Source: Candidatus Eiseniibacteriota bacterium (GTDB lineage Bacteria > Eisenbacteria > RBG-16-71-46 > CAIMUX01 > VGJL01). From it: a stretch of DNA of 64,000 nt. The number at the start of each line of letters is the position of its first letter. Within the stretch, counting starts at the first letter, position 1. The notes beneath the pieces are model-generated. The model did not search any database. It worked only from the letters and a program-made list of their open reading frames with translations, and was not told the origin of the DNA. The DNA is taken from positions 320,001 through 384,000 of the forward strand of contig CAWBWI010000002.1 in the NCBI GenBank assembly GCA_963792585.1. Reading direction: 5' to 3'. A program made the translations under genes and the position numbers. Positions 62,319 to 64,000 of the stretch are shown here, piece after piece.

Positions 62319-63824
62319 CTATCTCTCATAAAACACTTGCGACACAGCCAGGTCACACCTCGGATCGAGTTCAGTCACCGGCCAGCCCAGCGTGTGAAGT
62401 AGTAGCCGTTCAGTAAGCGCACGAATTCGAACCCCAGCAACGTGCATCGCATCAGAGTCCGTAACCAACGCACTGTGGACAAGGGCGTTCCGTATCTTGG
62501 TCGCCCGTCCGATGATCTCTTCAAATGGAAACGAGGAAATGTTGCCTACCTCGATCTTCAACACCTCGACCGTGCTGATAATCCTCTCCGCAATTGGTCG
62601 CCGCAACAGTTCGCCCAGTTTCTTCCTGGCCACGTCCGCGGCTTGTCCACATCCAGGTATCGCCGCCAGCTCGCCCAGGAACTCATCGATCTTCCGTTTG
62701 ATCTTCGGCGTGAGTCGCTTCTTCCGGTCATGATCACATAGTTCGATCGTCAACTCGAGCGCTGCGAACGCAAGAATGAAGCTCGCCTCGAGCAAGTCTT
62801 CGGTATATGAGGTCGAGAGGAAGGAAACGGCTCTCGACATTCGATCATCATCATTTGCGGTGGTCCATGCATCCAGAAGGCGCTGGAAGCCGCCTCCCAT
62901 GAGGTGTCTAAGATCAATGAGCGGTCTGTCCCACTCCCCGAGTTCCCGAGTTGGACGTCGGAATCTGACGCATGCATTCAATGGTGGCCGATCCATGGAC
63001 TCGGTCCACTCCTCGGAGTACCGAATGTCGTAGAACTGGACAGGAAGCCGAAAACACATGGACAGGATTCTGCAAGCTACGGTGAGCTCCGCGACGAGCC
63101 GCCCGTGCGCCTCCGTCAGCGTCGAACCCGGTGCTAGCGCGATCTCTCCGGAAATAGCTGTGCCTTGTGTAGAGACCCTGATGTCGTTTCCGAACTTACG
63201 GTCGCTATGGTACTGGAACGCTTCCGCGATCTCTCGCCCTCCAAATCCGCTTTCAAACTCCACGACCCCACTCCCTGCGCCCTTGACCTCGATCGCCCCG
63301 TTTGGGTGAGGGGAAACTATGCATGGTCTGGTCGCAATGCCACTCGGCGTCAATTGCGCATTGAACCAGTACCGCGTCGGAGTGGTGGGTGGTGGAACCT
63401 GAAAGTCGATTCGAACTTCGTCCACAACGAAGATAGCCCGGGAGCCATCCATCTGATGCCAGAATGCCCTCGGAAACTGGATGGATCTTGCTCCATTCTC
63501 AAGATCTCGGATCAGCAGTTCATCGCCCTGATGCGCTTTGAGATATTCCTCTGTCGCACAGACCTCGTTTGAATCTCCTAGAAGCTCGCACTCCGCCAGG
63601 ATCTCACTAGGGTTGCTCTGATCCCACGCAACGTGGGCAATCACCCTGTGCGCTACCTTGCCATCGGCGATTGCGCCCTGAACCCGGTGTCGAACTCTCT
63701 CCGGATCTAGCATGACATTCCCCGCGGCCTCCCAATTCTCATCGCTGAATGCGGCGTCCCTCTCCCACTCGATGAAGTCCTCGCCATCCGCTAGGCGTAC
63801 CGCGGGCGGCTGCGAGTCGCACAT
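62319..63824 (-). CDS. ApeA-like protein with C-terminal HEPN domain
   Basis: FILAFAALE..IRNALVH (Rx4H)..LTERLLL..LGW. Confidence 0.65.
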   Translation of the reverse strand: MCDSQPPAVRLADGEDFIEWERDAAFSDENWEAAGNVMLDPERVRHRVQGAIADGKVAHRVIAHVAWDQSNPSEILAECELLGDSNEVCATEEYLKAHQGDELLIRDLENGARSIQFPRAFWHQMDGSRAIFVVDEVRIDFQVPPPTTPTRYWFNAQLTPSGIATRPCIVSPHPNGAIEVKGAGSGVVEFESGFGGREIAEAFQYHSDRKFGNDIRVSTQGTAISGEIALAPGSTLTEAHGRLVAELTVACRILSMCFRLPVQFYDIRYSEEWTESMDRPPLNACVRFRRPTRELGEWDRPLIDLRHLMGGGFQRLLDAWTTANDDDRMSRAVSFLSTSYTEDLLEASFILAFAALELTIELCDHDRKKRLTPKIKRKIDEFLGELAAIPGCGQAADVARKKLGELLRRPIAERIISTVEVLKIEVGNISSFPFEEIIGRATKIRNALVHSALVTDSDAMHVAGVRIRALTERLLLHTLGWPVTELDPRCDLAVSQVFYER

Positions 63825-64000
63825 AGCATTGCGACAGTCGATAGACTCGCTCGTAGATTGAAAAGGTGCTCAGTTCCCCTTCCTGCTCCTCCCCTCAAAC
63901 AGGTCCATCGTCTCCCCACCGGTTCGCGTATCGCCCATCGAATCGACCCCTTTCAAGCAGTAGGAGATTCCGGCATTTGAACGAATACTGCGAATCTAAT

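Overview
GC-rich bacterial DNA. Secreted proteins with a C-terminal FlgD-Ig-type tail and an 'SWGxx(K/R)xxYR' tail suggest the Ca. Eisenbacteria/Krumholzibacteria/Latescibacteria group (inference). The highlight is 0.9-24.9 kb, a candidate extracellular electron transfer locus. It has a six-heme OmcS-family nanowire cytochrome (minus strand, 22707-23811) behind an NHL-repeat gene. Converging on it is an omcS-companion-like operon: spermidine-synthase-like membrane protein, outer-membrane beta-barrel, lipoprotein, secreted protein, PpiC-type PPIase and a ~1040-aa cytochrome with 42 CxxCH motifs. Upstream lie two GcvH-like proteins lacking the lipoyl lysine, an HybA/HybB (NrfC/NrfD)-like pair, a heme-motif sensor kinase, a sigma54 regulator and an archaemetzincin. 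An internally deleted IS21 element carrying a nested IS1-like element sits between the two halves. 25-46 kb holds glk, pirin, a fused 2-oxoacid dehydrogenase E1, a very large dikinase-like protein with atypical domain order, maeB, hypCDE, a PEP-CTERM gene, an ECF sigma/anti-sigma module and a Ser/Thr kinase. From ~46.1 kb on is an accessory/defence island: tRNA-3'-like att remnant, orphan small terminase, three HEPN-type genes, decayed excisionase and SNF2 helicase, S41 peptidase within a duplication, DUF262 plus an IS256-interrupted HEPN gene, and secreted proteins. Many single-base frameshifts in conserved genes look like assembly errors. All family assignments come from motif recognition by eye; no searches were run.
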